A DNA stretch of 58,206 nucleotides from an uncultured Cytophagales bacterium (GTDB lineage: Bacteria; Bacteroidota; Bacteroidia; Cytophagales; Spirosomataceae), in the NCBI GenBank assembly GCA_964626405.1, contig CAZVFE010000001.1, positions 1-58,206 of the forward strand. Direction: 5' to 3'. Shown one piece after another: positions 8,274 through 17,032 of the stretch (position 1 is its first letter; the number at the start of each line of letters is the position of its first letter). Made by a program: the position numbers and the translations under genes. A model generated the notes under the pieces. That model saw nothing but the letters and a program-made list of their open reading frames with translations. It ran no database searches and was not told where the DNA came from.

Positions 8274-9885
8274 ATCAAAATATTTATTATTGATTTTTCC
8301 TTTCCTGATTATTTTAGGATTCTCTCTGCCTAATAATAAGATTTTAGAATTGGCAAAAAGTATAGAAATCTATGCTTCTGTTTTAAAAGAATTAGATAAA
8401 TTTTATGCAGAAGAAATTCAACCAAAAGAATTGGTAGAAAATTCCATAGAAAGTATGCTTGAGGGTTTAGACCCCTACACAAGCTACTACCCTGAGGAGG
8501 AAATAGATAATTATTTAGCCCTTACTACAGGAAAATATGAGGGTATCGGGATTGTATTAAATATAGTCGACAAAAAATTCTATGTTTTTGATGTTGAGGA
8601 AGGCAGCCCAGCTGAAAAAGCGAATTTACATATTGGGGATCAAATAATTAAAGTGAACAATGAAGAAATTGCAGGTTTTTCTCAATCAGAAGTAAACAGA
8701 TTAATTGCAGGAAAATCAGGAACAAAAATCGAATTAACAGTTCAATCAATCGAAAATCAAGAAATTAGATCGTTTGATATTTCTAGGTCCACCATTCAAT
8801 TAAAAAATATTCATTATTATCAATTATTAGATGAAGAAACTGGTATAATTGATTTAAACGAATTTAATCACGAGGCTTCAAATGAATTTAAAAAAGCCTT
8901 CCTTGATTTGAAAAAACAAGGAATGAAAAACCTTATTATCGATTTAAGTTCCAATCCAGGAGGTTTATTAACGCAAGCGGTAGAAATTTGTAATTATTTC
9001 ATTCCAAAAAATAAAAAAGTAGTAGTTACCAAAGGTAAAAGAGAAGAATGGAATAATACCTATTTCACCATAAATAATCCCTTGGATGAAACAATTCCAA
9101 TTATAATAATTATTGACCCCAACACAGCCTCTGCCTCAGAAATTTTAGCCGGAGTTTTACAGGAATATGATAGGGCCTTAATATTAGGACAAAAAAGTTA
9201 TGGAAAAGGATTAGTACAAATTACAAGAGACCTCCCGTATCGAACCAAAATCAAATTAACTACTGCAAGATATTATTTACCCAGTGGAAGATGTATTCAA
9301 AAAATCAACTATTTTAATTCAGAAATTACGGATACAACTTTGAATTATAAAACTCAAAACGGAAGACCCTTGACCAATACGGGTGGTATTAGTCCGGATT
9401 TTGAAACTGTTGCAAGAAATTTCCTTCCTTTCTTTCAATTTCTGGTGGAAAAAGACTTAATTTTCAATTATACTCTTCAAAATTTTAAAAACGAAAAAGA
9501 TATTATTAATAAGGAAAGTTGGAAATTGAAAGATTCCGAGGTGGAAGATTTTATTCAATGGGTAAGGGTACATAATCAAACATATTCTAGTAATGAAAAA
9601 CAATATATTGACTCTTTATATGCAAGAACAGAAAAAAATCCTGCATTAATAAAATGGAGAGAGAAATTATTAGAATTGAGAGAAGACCCAGCCATTGGGT
9701 TTGAAGCAGAAGCAAATTCAAACAAAGAAGAAATAAGACAGTTTTTATCTTATCTCATGATTGCTGAAAAATGGGATAAAAAAACAGCTGATATTTGGAA
9801 TATCCCGAATAGAATCGAGATAAAAAAAGCCAAAGAATTATTTAAAGATCCCGAAAAATATAAAGGGTATTTATCCCCAAAATAA
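8260..9885 (+). CDS. S41 family C-terminal processing (tail-specific) peptidase with a PDZ domain.
   Basis: PDZ region GIGIVLN...GSPAEKANLHIGDQIIKVNN. S41 core NLIIDLSSNPGGLL, TASASEILAGVLQ (nucleophile Ser region) and GQKSYGKGLVQ (Lys). Confidence 0.85.
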   Translation: MKKIKSKYLLLIFPFLIILGFSLPNNKILELAKSIEIYASVLKELDKFYAEEIQPKELVENSIESMLEGLDPYTSYYPEEEIDNYLALTTGKYEGIGIVLNIVDKKFYVFDVEEGSPAEKANLHIGDQIIKVNNEEIAGFSQSEVNRLIAGKSGTKIELTVQSIENQEIRSFDISRSTIQLKNIHYYQLLDEETGIIDLNEFNHEASNEFKKAFLDLKKQGMKNLIIDLSSNPGGLLTQAVEICNYFIPKNKKVVVTKGKREEWNNTYFTINNPLDETIPIIIIIDPNTASASEILAGVLQEYDRALILGQKSYGKGLVQITRDLPYRTKIKLTTARYYLPSGRCIQKINYFNSEITDTTLNYKTQNGRPLTNTGGISPDFETVARNFLPFFQFLVEKDLIFNYTLQNFKNEKDIINKESWKLKDSEVEDFIQWVRVHNQTYSSNEKQYIDSLYARTEKNPALIKWREKLLELREDPAIGFEAEANSNKEEIRQFLSYLMIAEKWDKKTADIWNIPNRIEIKKAKELFKDPEKYKGYLSPK

Positions 9886-9887
9886 AA

Positions 9888-10544
9888 ATGAGTTTAATTT
9901 TAACTATTGAAACTTCAGGTCAAATTTGCTCGGTAGCTTTATTTGAAAATAATCAATTAATTGATTCAAGAGAAATAATGGAGCAAGGGGCACATTCTGC
10001 CAAATTAACTTTACTAATCCAAGAAGTTTTAAAGAAAAATAATTATTCAATAAAAAATCTAAAAGCCATAGGAATATCCATTGGCCCTGGCTCATATACA
10101 GGCTTAAGAATTGGTTTATCTACGGCCAAAGGAATTTGTTTCGGTCTTGATATCCCTTTAATTTCAATTTCTACCTTAAGGATCATGATGGAAGAAGTGA
10201 AGGTACTAGAAACTTCAGATTATTATATTTCCATGATGGATGCAAGAAGAATGGAGGTATATGCTGCAATTTTCAATAAAAATGGAGAAACAATTTTGGA
10301 GGAAGGCGCCTATATCCTGACAGAAAACCCATTTGATAATTATCTAAAAAAGAATATTCTTGTATTTGGAAATGGAGCTAATAAATGGGATTGGGCAAAT
10401 GAAAATTTAGAAAGATTTATTGAAAATATTTCTCCTAGAGCAAAATTTATGGGTAATTTAGTATATGAAAAATTTCTAAATAAGAATTTTGAAGATTTGG
10501 TTTTATCGGAACCTGCTTATCTAAAGGAATATCAAGGGAAATAA
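9888..10544 (+). CDS. tsaB: tRNA N6-threonylcarbamoyladenosine biosynthesis protein TsaB.
   Basis: ILTIETSGQICSVAL and GISIGPGSYTGLRIGLSTAKG are hallmark TsaB (YeaZ) motifs. The length of 218 aa fits. Confidence 0.85.
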   Translation: MSLILTIETSGQICSVALFENNQLIDSREIMEQGAHSAKLTLLIQEVLKKNNYSIKNLKAIGISIGPGSYTGLRIGLSTAKGICFGLDIPLISISTLRIMMEEVKVLETSDYYISMMDARRMEVYAAIFNKNGETILEEGAYILTENPFDNYLKKNILVFGNGANKWDWANENLERFIENISPRAKFMGNLVYEKFLNKNFEDLVLSEPAYLKEYQGK

Positions 10545-10548
10545 TAAT

Positions 10549-11055
10549 ATGGAAGAGATTGTCAATAAAGTTGCTAATTCTGGATTAACCCTAATCAATT
10601 TGGATGAATTAATGCCAAAAGAAAATAGAGTATTTATTGATTTAAAAAATTGGTTGTGGGAGGGGATTGCCTTAAAAGAAAAAGATTTTAGAGAAAAATT
10701 AAAAACCCATGACTGGTCTGTTTACAAAAATAAATTTGTAACCATTGGATGTAGCGAGGATGCAATTATTCCAATCTGGGCTTATATGTTGGTCGCATCC
10801 TACCTAGAGGGCATTTCACGGAAAACCTATTTTGGAGATTTAAAGGATATAGAACCTAAGATTTTTCAGGATTTTATTGCTAATTTAGACATTAAACAAT
10901 TTGAAGGAGGAAGAATTGTGATTAAAGGTTGTTCCAAAGAAGCTGTTCCTACAAATGCTTATATTGAATTAATAAACAAGCTTCAGCCCCATGTAAAAAG
11001 TATATTTTTTGGAGAACCTTGTAGTACCGTTCCAATTTTCAAAAAGAAAAAATAA
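10549..11055 (+). CDS. Conserved hypothetical protein (I recall it as the Bacteroidota-specific DUF2480 family).
   Basis: 168 aa. The N-terminal IVNKVANSGLTLINLDELMP...IDLKNWLWEGIALKEKDFRE pattern matches my memory of DUF2480. Not verified. Confidence 0.45.
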   Translation: MEEIVNKVANSGLTLINLDELMPKENRVFIDLKNWLWEGIALKEKDFREKLKTHDWSVYKNKFVTIGCSEDAIIPIWAYMLVASYLEGISRKTYFGDLKDIEPKIFQDFIANLDIKQFEGGRIVIKGCSKEAVPTNAYIELINKLQPHVKSIFFGEPCSTVPIFKKKK

Positions 11056-11936
11056 TGAATCAAAATTCTGAGCAATTTAAGTTTATTGAACAAATTCTTA
11101 AAATTCACTTATCTAAAAATATAGATATTCAAAATATTGAATTTTTCTATGGAGGGAATTTTAATACTGCTAGTAAGGTAAGTGCGAATGGTTCAGATTA
11201 TTTCGTGAAATGGGCACCTGAGGAAGATGTTAATACCTTTGAAAAAGAGGCAAAAAACCTTCAAATAATAGATTCCACAAATACTTTGAAAGTTCCAAAA
11301 GTATATGGAAATGGGAATTTTGAATCGAAAAATTACCTAATAATTCAAGGAATATCATCTGCAGAACAAAATAAAAATTATTGGAAGGATTTTGGAATTG
11401 GCCTTGCAAATTTACATAAAAACAGCTCTCCAAATGGATTTGGCCTAGACTATGATAATTTCATTGGGACATTACCCCAAATTAATTCCTGGAATAAAAA
11501 TTGGATTGATTTTTTCATTGAAAATAGATTAATTCCCCAATTAGATTTAGCTGAATATAATCGTAAAATCAATTCGAATTTAATTGAAAAATTTGAAGCC
11601 CTATTCAAAGAACTCAATTCAATATTTCCAGAAAATTCTTCTTCCTTAATTCATGGAGATTTATGGGATTCCAATATCATGACGGATCTTGATGGAAATG
11701 CAATCATATTGGACCCAACCTGTTATTTTGGATCTAGGGAAGCAGAAATCGCCTTTACTACTATGTTCGGAGGGTTTGAAAATGAATTCTATGAATCTTA
11801 TAATGAAGTATTCCCTATTGAGAAAGGATTCCACGAAAGACTTCCATTTTATAATCTCTACCCATTATTGGTTCATGTAAATTTATTTGGGGAAGGCTAC
11901 CTTCCAACAATAAACAAAATCTTATCAAAATTTTAA
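11055..11936 (+). CDS. Fructosamine/ketosamine-3-kinase family protein.
   Basis: Kinase catalytic block SLIHGDLWDSNIM and DPTCYFGSREAEIAFTTMFGGF are characteristic of the fructosamine kinase family. The start overlaps the upstream stop (TAATG). Confidence 0.8.
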   Translation: MNQNSEQFKFIEQILKIHLSKNIDIQNIEFFYGGNFNTASKVSANGSDYFVKWAPEEDVNTFEKEAKNLQIIDSTNTLKVPKVYGNGNFESKNYLIIQGISSAEQNKNYWKDFGIGLANLHKNSSPNGFGLDYDNFIGTLPQINSWNKNWIDFFIENRLIPQLDLAEYNRKINSNLIEKFEALFKELNSIFPENSSSLIHGDLWDSNIMTDLDGNAIILDPTCYFGSREAEIAFTTMFGGFENEFYESYNEVFPIEKGFHERLPFYNLYPLLVHVNLFGEGYLPTINKILSKF

Positions 11937-13255
11937 TCTACTGAATTTTTCCACTCAAGTAATATTGAATCAATGGATTTTGCCTCTGGATAAAATGAAA
12001 TAATTTTTCGTAAAATTTCTTCAACAACAGCATCCGGACAAGATGCTCCACAAGTTAACATGATCTTTACCTCCTCTTTCTGTGGAAGAAAATCATTCGT
12101 CAGTATTTCTTGTTTTTCAAAATAATCAAAATGATTAATTAAATCCGATGAGATGATTTTTTCGGCAGAACTGATAAAATAGGTAGGCAGTTTTTCATTA
12201 CAGAGCTCAACAATATGAGCCGTATTGGAAGAATTATACCCTCCAGCAACTATTGCCAAATCTGCTTCATAATTTAGCATCGCTAAGGTTGAAGTTTGGT
12301 TATCGTTAGTCGCATAACACAAGGTATCCTTCGTATCAGCAAAATAATCTGATAAATGTTTCTGACTATCCTTATGAAAATCAATCAAAACTCCTTTTAA
12401 ATAATCTACAATCTCTTGGGTTTCTGTGGCAAGCATGGTAGTTTGATTGACAACCCCAATTTTTTCTAAATGAATTAATGGATCAAAACCCTCAGAAAAT
12501 TGTCCAGCAAATTCCTTATAAAATTCTTCTTTTGACTTTTCTTTACGCAAATAAGGACCAAGTTTTTTCGCTTCAGTAATATTTCTTATAACCAAAGTAG
12601 GTGTAATTTCCTTCGTATGAGAAAATGTAGCCTTAGTTTCCTCATGATTCGGTTTCCCATGAACGATTATTGAATAACCGTTTGATCCGATGGTATTTGC
12701 TCTATTCCAAACCTTTTCAACAAAAGGACAAGTTGTATTATAAGAATGAATATTGATTCCTATTTTATTTAATATTTCTTCAATTTCTAGAGTAGTACCA
12801 AATGCTGGAATAATAACTATATCCTCTGAACTTAATTCGGACCAAGGAATAAGCTGATTCCCTTTTGTATCTTGAATAAATTTAACCCCTCTATCCAATA
12901 AATCTGCATTTACTAAAGGATTATGAATCATTTCTGAAAGCAGATAAATTCTCTTTCCTGGATTTTCTTCTATTATTTTATAAGCAGTTTCAATTGCATT
13001 TTCAACCCCATAGCAAAATCCAAAATGACGAGAAAGGTAAATCTTAACAGGACCAAAATCCAAAAAACTTGGATTAAAATCTTTTTTTAATTTATCCGCA
13101 CTTCTTCTAAATTCTTTGATGGAACCTATTAAATTACTTTTGAATAAAGGAGGTATGGAAAATGTTTTCATCCTTTTGAATTGTCTTTTTTGTCTAATTT
13201 TAACAGGGCTAGGATTTGAAGAAATAGTATCTTCAAGATTTTCTTTATTCAACAT
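11933..13255 (-). CDS. ispH: 4-hydroxy-3-methylbut-2-enyl diphosphate reductase, long (cyanobacterial/plastid-like) architecture.
   Basis: FGFCYGVENAIE (first Fe-S Cys), TTCPFVEKVW, HGKPNHEETKAT, VVNQTTM, GGYNSSNT, and a C-terminal CGASCPD. It carries an N-terminal extension and the ~50-aa insert (EEFYKEFAGQFSEGFDP) seen in plant/cyanobacterial IspH. The true start could be the internal Met29. Confidence 0.85.
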   Translation of the reverse strand: MLNKENLEDTISSNPSPVKIRQKRQFKRMKTFSIPPLFKSNLIGSIKEFRRSADKLKKDFNPSFLDFGPVKIYLSRHFGFCYGVENAIETAYKIIEENPGKRIYLLSEMIHNPLVNADLLDRGVKFIQDTKGNQLIPWSELSSEDIVIIPAFGTTLEIEEILNKIGINIHSYNTTCPFVEKVWNRANTIGSNGYSIIVHGKPNHEETKATFSHTKEITPTLVIRNITEAKKLGPYLRKEKSKEEFYKEFAGQFSEGFDPLIHLEKIGVVNQTTMLATETQEIVDYLKGVLIDFHKDSQKHLSDYFADTKDTLCYATNDNQTSTLAMLNYEADLAIVAGGYNSSNTAHIVELCNEKLPTYFISSAEKIISSDLINHFDYFEKQEILTNDFLPQKEEVKIMLTCGASCPDAVVEEILRKIISFYPEAKSIDSILLEWKNSVD

Positions 13256-13340
13256 TATAACTATATTTTTGGTAAACAGTTTTAATAATTGGTGGTAAAA
13301 TTATTAAAAATTAATAATTTTATGAAATTAAAAAGGAAAT

Positions 13341-13691
13341 ATGAATTTTGATTCAGAAGAAATAAAGGAAGATTGGAAAGAATTAAATCAATTTATTTTT
13401 CAATCTTTTGGGAAAAAACCAGAGGGAGTAGAATCAATTCTTTTTTTAATCGGAGTTCAAGAACTTGGAAAAGGCAGAAATGATTTTTCCAAAGAACAAA
13501 AACAAGATTTAATGCATATTGCAACCTGTAAGGTCCTAAGTTATTATGGCTTTTATGAGTTAGAGGGACTTGATCAAGATGGTTGGCCAATTTGGAATAA
13601 TATCAAACCTTTACCAAGCATTAATTTAAAAGAGCAGGAAACTCTCTTAAAAGCAAGTATTATTGAATACTTCAAACAAGAAATCTATTAA
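13341..13691 (+). CDS. Hypothetical protein (116 aa), first gene of an operon with xth.
   Basis: ORF with lineage-typical composition. Its stop lies 2 nt before the xth ATG. No family recognised. Confidence 0.5.
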   Translation: MNFDSEEIKEDWKELNQFIFQSFGKKPEGVESILFLIGVQELGKGRNDFSKEQKQDLMHIATCKVLSYYGFYELEGLDQDGWPIWNNIKPLPSINLKEQETLLKASIIEYFKQEIY

Positions 13692-13693
13692 AA

Positions 13694-14455
13694 ATGAAAA
13701 TAATCAGCTATAACGTAAATGGAATAAGGGCAGCGATTAATAAAGGCTTGATAGAATGGTTAAAAGATGAAAATCCGGATATTGTTTGCATTCAAGAATT
13801 AAAAGCAATGCAAGACCAAGTAGATATTACTCCTTTAAAAGAATTGGGTTATGAGATTTATTGGCATTCAGCTGTAAAAAAAGGATATTCTGGGGTAGCA
13901 ATTTTTTCCAAAATCCCTGCAAAACATGTTGAATATGGTTGCGGAATTGAAAAATATGATTTTGAAGGAAGAGTAATTAGGGCAGATTTCGAGGATTTTT
14001 CCATATTATCCGTTTATCACCCTTCAGGTTCAAGTGGTGATGAAAGACAAGATTTCAAAATGGAATGGTTAAAAGATTTTTACACCTATATTGAAAATCT
14101 TAAAAAATCATTCCCAAATTTGATACTTTCTGGGGACTTAAATATTTGTCACAAAGAAATTGATATTCATAATCCAAAATCCAATGCAAAAAGTTCAGGT
14201 TTTTTACCTGAAGAAAGAGCTTGGGTAGATCATTTTTTAGAACTTGGATTTATAGATTCCTATAGAATTTTTCACCCAGAACCTGGTGCATACACTTGGT
14301 GGAGTTATCGATTCAATTCAAGAGCAAAAAATTTAGGATGGAGAATTGATTACCATTTTGCAACAAATACAATCAAGGAAAGAATTAAGGATGCTGACAT
14401 ATTAAATTCAGCAGAACATTCTGACCATTGTCCGGTTTCAATTATATTTGAATAA
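13694..14455 (+). CDS. xth: Exodeoxyribonuclease III (AP endonuclease, EEP superfamily).
   Basis: MKIISYNVNGIRA, CIQELK, GYSGVAIFSK, GDLNICH, WWSYR, and a C-terminal SDHCPVS. Confidence 0.9.
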   Translation: MKIISYNVNGIRAAINKGLIEWLKDENPDIVCIQELKAMQDQVDITPLKELGYEIYWHSAVKKGYSGVAIFSKIPAKHVEYGCGIEKYDFEGRVIRADFEDFSILSVYHPSGSSGDERQDFKMEWLKDFYTYIENLKKSFPNLILSGDLNICHKEIDIHNPKSNAKSSGFLPEERAWVDHFLELGFIDSYRIFHPEPGAYTWWSYRFNSRAKNLGWRIDYHFATNTIKERIKDADILNSAEHSDHCPVSIIFE

Positions 14456-15078
14456 TGATTTATAAACTTTACCCCACCTTATTGAATTCCTTTAGTCTAT
14501 ACTTGAACGAATCACGCGATTCTAGTGGCAAGTTGATTGTAGACGAAATTGAATTAATCGAAAGAATTAACAAAGTAAAGAAACCAAGTACCCAAGCTCA
14601 AACTGCAGGAATTAATTTTGAAAAAGCAGTTTTAATGGGAGAAAAAGAGGATTTATTCGATGAAAAAGTAATAGAAAAAGCAAGAGAATTAATTCCACAA
14701 AAATTCAAAACACAATTTTACGTAGAGGCGCGTCATCAAAATACACAACTTTACGGATATGTGGATGGCGTCGGAGAAGAAATCGCTTTCGACCTAAAAA
14801 GTACTAAATCTTATACCCCAGGAAGATTCGCAAAAAACCATCAAAATCTCTATTTATTAGGTTTACAACCCTATGGAATCAAACAATTAGATTATATAAT
14901 TACTGATTTCAAAGAAGTTTATACAGAATCTTACCATATAGATAGCTATGATTTTGAACCCTTATTCAAAGAAATAAAGTTGTTTACGGAATTTTTAGAG
15001 GAAAACCGAAAATTCATTCGAGATAAAAAGATTTTTGATTCAAAATCAGTGGATAATCAACTATCTCTGTTCGATTAA
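14455..15078 (+). CDS. Minimal PD-(D/E)XK (RecB/Cas4-like fold) nuclease family protein, without a Cys cluster.
   Basis: Ordered motifs GINFEKAV (motif I-like), YGYVDGV (Asp), IAFDLKSTK (D-x-K) and HQNLYLL (Q..Y). The start overlaps the xth stop (TAATG). Confidence 0.5.
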   Translation: MIYKLYPTLLNSFSLYLNESRDSSGKLIVDEIELIERINKVKKPSTQAQTAGINFEKAVLMGEKEDLFDEKVIEKARELIPQKFKTQFYVEARHQNTQLYGYVDGVGEEIAFDLKSTKSYTPGRFAKNHQNLYLLGLQPYGIKQLDYIITDFKEVYTESYHIDSYDFEPLFKEIKLFTEFLEENRKFIRDKKIFDSKSVDNQLSLFD

Positions 15079-15759
15079 TAATTCCTGCAATTCAAGTAAG
15101 TGTTTTATCTTATTTCCCTTAAAATTACTATCCTCAGTAGGAATATAGTGAATTGCCTTTATCCCAACATTTTCTGCACCTAAAATATCAACTTCAAGAT
15201 TATCTCCAACCATAACTACCTCTTCTTTTTTTAATTTAGTATCCTTCAATACAAATTCAAAAAATTTTGGATCAGGTTTCTTATAGCCCGTATTTTCAGG
15301 TGTATAAATTTTTTGAAAATAATTGGCAATTTCAGACTCTCCTACCTTAATTTGCTGAATTTCATCAAAACCATTGGTTAAAATGAATAAATGATATTTA
15401 TTTGAAAGTATTTCAATTAAATTTTTTGCCCCCTCCATCAATTTCTTCTTTCTCGGATTTCTATATAAAAAATGATTAGAAAAATTATCAGCGTCTTCCA
15501 GTATTTTAAAGTTTTGAAAAACGATTTTAAATCGAGAATTTCTTAATTCATCTTGATTTAAATCTCCTAATTGATATTCTTTCCAAAGCTGGTCATTTAT
15601 TTTTTGAAAATATAAATGAAATTCAGAAAATTCTACCTGAAATTTCTCTTTAAATTTAAATTCATTAAATAATTCACTTAAAGTGTCTACAGCATTTGTC
15701 TCAGCATCCCAAAGGGTATGATCCCAATCAAAGAATATGGCTTTTAAGGGTAATTTCAT
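15061..15759 (-). CDS. HAD-IA family hydrolase (YjjG-like nucleotidase/phosphatase).
   Basis: I trimmed the start to MKLPLKAIFFDWDHTLWD (DxD nucleophile motif; CAT at 15757-15759). ILTNG (motif II) and MVGDNLEVDILGA (motif IV) are present. The longer track ORF extends across the divergent promoter and into the next gene. Confidence 0.8.
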   Translation of the reverse strand: MKLPLKAIFFDWDHTLWDAETNAVDTLSELFNEFKFKEKFQVEFSEFHLYFQKINDQLWKEYQLGDLNQDELRNSRFKIVFQNFKILEDADNFSNHFLYRNPRKKKLMEGAKNLIEILSNKYHLFILTNGFDEIQQIKVGESEIANYFQKIYTPENTGYKKPDPKFFEFVLKDTKLKKEEVVMVGDNLEVDILGAENVGIKAIHYIPTEDSNFKGNKIKHLLELQELLIEQR

Positions 15760-15783
15760 ACCACAAAAGTAATAGGAATTAAG

Positions 15784-15791
15784 TATATTTG
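15784..15791 (+). promoter_or_regulatory. Sigma-A -7 box candidate (TATATTTG) upstream of the DEDDh exonuclease gene.
   Basis: Exact TAnnTTTG match, 26 nt upstream of the ATG at 15818, inside the 58-nt divergent intergenic region. Confidence 0.4.
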
Positions 15792-15817
15792 AATAATTAT
15801 CATAAAACTGATAGATT

Positions 15818-16624
15818 ATGAGGCATAATTTAATTTTAAAAAAACCATTAGCAGTATTTGATCTTGAAACCACAGGAATTGATGTAGCAAATGATCGAAT
15901 TGTAGAAATATGTGTTGCCAAGGCCAATATGGATGGTTCCGTAGAAGTTAAGACTAGAAGAATCAATCCAACTATCCCAATCCCTGCGGAGGCCTCAGCA
16001 GTTCATGGAATTTATGATGAAGATGTAGTGAATGAACCAACCTTTAAGCAAATCGGAAAATCAATGGAACAATTCCTAGCAGGTTGTGACTTAGCTGGTT
16101 TTAATTCAAATAAATTTGATATACCCTTATTAGTAGAAGAATTTTTGCGGGCAGATATCCCCTTCGAAATGAAAAATCGAAAGCTGATTGACGTCCAAAG
16201 AATATATCATATGATGGAACCTCGAAACCTTACTGCTGCTTTTAAGTTTTATTGTGATAAGGATTTGGAAGGCGCACACAGTGCAGAAGCAGATGTATTG
16301 GCAACACTTCAAGTTTTGGATGCCCAAGTTCATAAATATGAAAATACTCCTATGAAAAATTCAGAAGGAGAAACCGTATATCCGATTAAAAACGATATGG
16401 AATTGTTAGGAAAATTAAGCGAAAACAACCGTATTGATTTTGCCGGAAGGATGATATACAAAGACGGAGTTGAGGTATTTAATTTTGGAAAATATAGTAA
16501 TCAGCCAATAAAAGAAGTATTAAGCAAAGATCCTAATTATTATGATTGGATGATGAAAGGAAATTTTTCTCAAGATACTAAAAGGAAATTAACAGAAATA
16601 AAATTAAGAGAATTCAAAAACTAA
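15818..16624 (+). CDS. DEDDh 3'-5' exonuclease (DnaQ/ExoX-like) with a C-terminal DUF3820/ExoX-C-like domain.
   Basis: Exo I AVFDLETTGID, Exo II GFNSNKFDIPLL, Exo III HSAEADVLAT. The C-terminal FNFGKYSNQPIKEVLSKDPNYYDWMM resembles the KYxG...Y..W motif of DUF3820. Confidence 0.8.
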   Translation: MRHNLILKKPLAVFDLETTGIDVANDRIVEICVAKANMDGSVEVKTRRINPTIPIPAEASAVHGIYDEDVVNEPTFKQIGKSMEQFLAGCDLAGFNSNKFDIPLLVEEFLRADIPFEMKNRKLIDVQRIYHMMEPRNLTAAFKFYCDKDLEGAHSAEADVLATLQVLDAQVHKYENTPMKNSEGETVYPIKNDMELLGKLSENNRIDFAGRMIYKDGVEVFNFGKYSNQPIKEVLSKDPNYYDWMMKGNFSQDTKRKLTEIKLREFKN

Positions 16625-16659
16625 TTGAATTAGTTATATAATTTTCGCTAACTTTTTAA

Positions 16660-16667
16660 TAAATTTG
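16660..16667 (+). promoter_or_regulatory. Sigma-A -7 box candidate (TAAATTTG) upstream of nuoK.
   Basis: Exact TAnnTTTG match, 31 nt upstream of the nuoK ATG, in the 74-nt gap after the exonuclease gene. Confidence 0.45.
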
Positions 16668-16698
16668 CGAACTTAAATACTGCCTAGTTAAGATTTAT

Positions 16699-17028
16699 AT
16701 GGAATCATTACCAGAGGTTATTCAAACCATTCCCGTTGATTACTATATTATGTTGAGTTCTGCTCTATTCATAATCGGTATATTCGGAGTACTTACAAGA
16801 AGAAATGCAATTATTGTATTTATGTCTGTAGAACTTATGCTTAATTCTGTAAATTTATTGCTTACAGCGTTTTCATCTTATTTTTCAGATCCTTCTGGAC
16901 AAATTTTTGTTTTCTTTATTATGGCCGTTGCAGCTGCTGAAGTAGCCGTAGGACTGGCCATTATAGTGATGATTTATAGAAATATTCAAAGTATTGATAT
17001 TGGAATACTTAACAAATTAAAAAACTAA
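16699..17028 (+). CDS. nuoK: NADH-quinone oxidoreductase subunit K.
   Basis: Three-TM 109-aa protein with the conserved membrane glutamates (MSVELMLNSVNLL and AAAEVAVGLAI). Confidence 0.9.
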   Translation: MESLPEVIQTIPVDYYIMLSSALFIIGIFGVLTRRNAIIVFMSVELMLNSVNLLLTAFSSYFSDPSGQIFVFFIMAVAAAEVAVGLAIIVMIYRNIQSIDIGILNKLKN

Positions 17029-17032
17029 CGCA

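Noticed and set aside
13282-13319. An inverted and direct repeat of TTAATAATT (13282-13290, inverted copy 13299-13307, direct copy 13311-13319) in the ispH/hyp116 divergent intergenic region.
   Set aside because: It is composed only of A/T in a very AT-rich genome, so this kind of symmetry is expected by chance. It is not distinctive enough to call an operator.
15760-15966. A long N-terminal extension of the HAD hydrolase ORF (track ORF 15061-15966) that overlaps the DEDDh exonuclease gene by ~150 nt on the opposite strand.
   Set aside because: The HAD nucleophile motif (FFDWDHT) lies right after the internal Met at 15759. The extension is hydrophobic nonsense covering the divergent promoter region, so it is a start-codon artefact.
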